This document shows positions 25,792 through 27,436 of a stretch of DNA of 27,436 bases, one piece after another. Positions within the stretch are counted from its first letter, which is position 1, and every line of letters starts with the position of its first letter. Under the pieces are notes generated by a model that saw nothing but the letters and a program-made list of their open reading frames with translations, had not been told where the DNA came from and made no database searches. The DNA comes from an uncultured Gemmatimonadales bacterium (GTDB lineage Bacteria > Gemmatimonadota > Gemmatimonadetes > Gemmatimonadales > GWC2-71-9): positions 1 through 27,436 of the forward strand of contig CAWJMT010000021.1 of assembly GCA_963844035.1 (NCBI GenBank), written 5' to 3'. The translations under genes and the position numbers were made by a program.

Positions 25792-27436
25792 TTACTGGGG
25801 TGCAATGCGGTAGACCTCGCCGTTTCCCCGAGTGATGTACAGCTCGCCCCGCGTGTTCTCCCCGAACGACGTGAGGCCGGGAAGCAACGCGAACTCCGTG
25901 TGCGACACGAGGTCGGTCGCGACTCCAGCGACCATCCTGAGACTGCGCACCCGGCCGACGCAGTAGTCGGCGAAGAAATACCGCCCGAGGAGCGAAGGAT
26001 TCCGCGTGCCGCGGTACACGTAGCCTCCGGTGATGGAACAGTTCCCCGATGCATGGCTGTACTCGTACACCGGCAAGACCAGTCCGGTCATGACACAACC
26101 CGTTGCGGGGGCGTAGCAGTGGAGCCCTTCCATCGTATTCCAGCCGTAGTTGTGCCCACCCAGGTCCCCTGCGGAAGCGAAATCGATCTCCTCATACGCG
26201 ACCTGCCCGACGTCCCCGATGTAGAAGTCCCCGGTGACGCGATCAAACGAGAACCGCCACGGATTGCGCATGCCGTAGGCCCACACCTCGGGAGCCGCGG
26301 GTGGACGGCCGACGAACGGATTGCTCGGTGGAATCGCGTAGGGGAACGCGCCGTTCACGTCGATGCGCAGGATCTTCCCCAGCAGCACGGTGCTGTCCTG
26401 GCCGTTCCCGTCCGGATCGCCGCCGCCCCCGCCGTCGCCGGTGCCGATGTAGAGGTAGCCGTCCGGCCCGAACGTCACCAACCCGCCGTTGTGGTTGCTG
26501 TTCGCGGCATGCGGGATACTGAGCAGCACCTGGCCCGAGGCCGCGTCGCCGACGTTGATATTCGCGGAGACGTGATAGCGGGCGACGGTGAGGGCGCCGT
26601 CCGGAGCGGTGTAGTCGACGTAGAAGTAGCCGTTGCTGGCATAGTTGGGATGGAAGGCGAGGCTCAGCAGGCCACGTTCACCGCCGTAGCTGATGATCCC
26701 GGAGAGATCCAGGAACGGCGGCGTGAGCAGCGAATCGCGGAACACCACGCGAATAACGCCGCTCTGCTGCACGACGAAGACCCGGTTCGTGTCCCCCGGC
26801 GACGCGGTCACGTACAGGGCGGAGGTGAGGCCCGACGCGATGAGCGTGAGGCCGGGAGTGCCCGTGGCGGTCGCGGTGAACGAGAGGACCGGGAGCGCGC
26901 CCACGGTCGCTCGCGCGGTCTGACTGCCGGTGGTCTGGCCGAGTGTCCAGGTGGTTTGCGCCTGCCCCGATGCATTCGTCGTAGCGGATGCGCTCCCGGT
27001 GCTCCCCGATCCGGCTGTCGCGGCGAATCCCACGGTCACGCCCGCGACGGCATGCCCGGTCGCATCGTTCACCTGCACGACGAGCGGCTGCGGGAGCGTC
27101 TGGCCCGCGGTGTCGGTCTGCGCGTCCCCCGAGACCTTGATCAGCTGCGCGGCCGCCTGCGCCACCGCCACGGTCACGCTCGCGGTGAGGCTCTCCGACT
27201 TGGCCGTGACTTGCGCGCTGCCGTTGGCGACGGCCGTCGCGAGGCCGGTGGCGGTGACGCTGACGACGGCGGCGGTGCTCGTGGACCATGCGATGGGGGC
27301 ATTCGCCAGCGTATCGCCGTTCTGGTCTTTCACCGAGGCCGTGAGCTGTTGCGAGGCACCGATGGCGGTGAGTGAAACCGTCGAGGAGGGGGTGATCGCG
27401 ATCGTGGTGGCTACGCGCGCGGGGTCGGGGACCACC
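25792..27436 (-). CDS. PQQ-dependent sugar dehydrogenase with N-terminal Ig-like domains (5' end outside the window)
   Basis: Big_2-like WSTSTAAVVSV and SGDAQTDTAGQTLPQPLVVQV domains, then the same GSDH motifs; frame is open to the window edge. Confidence 0.92.
   Translation of the reverse strand, partial: VVPDPARVATTIAITPSSTVSLTAIGASQQLTASVKDQNGDTLANAPIAWSTSTAAVVSVTATGLATAVANGSAQVTAKSESLTASVTVAVAQAAAQLIKVSGDAQTDTAGQTLPQPLVVQVNDATGHAVAGVTVGFAATAGSGSTGSASATTNASGQAQTTWTLGQTTGSQTARATVGALPVLSFTATATGTPGLTLIASGLTSALYVTASPGDTNRVFVVQQSGVIRVVFRDSLLTPPFLDLSGIISYGGERGLLSLAFHPNYASNGYFYVDYTAPDGALTVARYHVSANINVGDAASGQVLLSIPHAANSNHNGGLVTFGPDGYLYIGTGDGGGGGDPDGNGQDSTVLLGKILRIDVNGAFPYAIPPSNPFVGRPPAAPEVWAYGMRNPWRFSFDRVTGDFYIGDVGQVAYEEIDFASAGDLGGHNYGWNTMEGLHCYAPATGCVMTGLVLPVYEYSHASGNCSITGGYVYRGTRNPSLLGRYFFADYCVGRVRSLRMVAGVATDLVSHTEFALLPGLTSFGENTRGELYITRGNGEVYRIAPQ

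Overview
GC-rich bacterial DNA. The gene content (many Ig-like/beta-propeller lipoproteins, a NagB-PIG-L fusion, a CxxC-CxxC hypothetical protein) suggests Gemmatimonadota, but this is inference only. Left part: an intact nagB fusion, then a tightly coupled operon of signal-peptide glutaminase, putative outer-membrane protein and signal-peptide amidohydrolase, then tRNA-Trp. Middle (6.2-23.6 kb): an accessory, lipoprotein-rich region with many single-base frameshifts, most of them probably read or assembly errors. It holds YceI, Ig/propeller lipoproteins including a tandem duplicate pair, a cytochrome c lipoprotein, two VOC proteins, ThuA, a GGDEF protein and tRNA-Glu(CTC), tRNA-Glu(TTC) and tRNA-Lys(CTT). 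Right part: a secreted truncated globin, an unannotated 37-aa membrane peptide and two tandem PQQ-type sugar dehydrogenase paralogues. The most notable non-coding structure is a ~100-bp three-hairpin REP/REPIN-like element (3 full copies and 1 partial, all co-oriented). Two copies, each preceded by an identical 20-bp gene end, bracket the duplicated lipoprotein pair like a cassette. The other two lie in a rearranged segment downstream of tRNA-Lys. No transposase, integrase or CRISPR array is visible.
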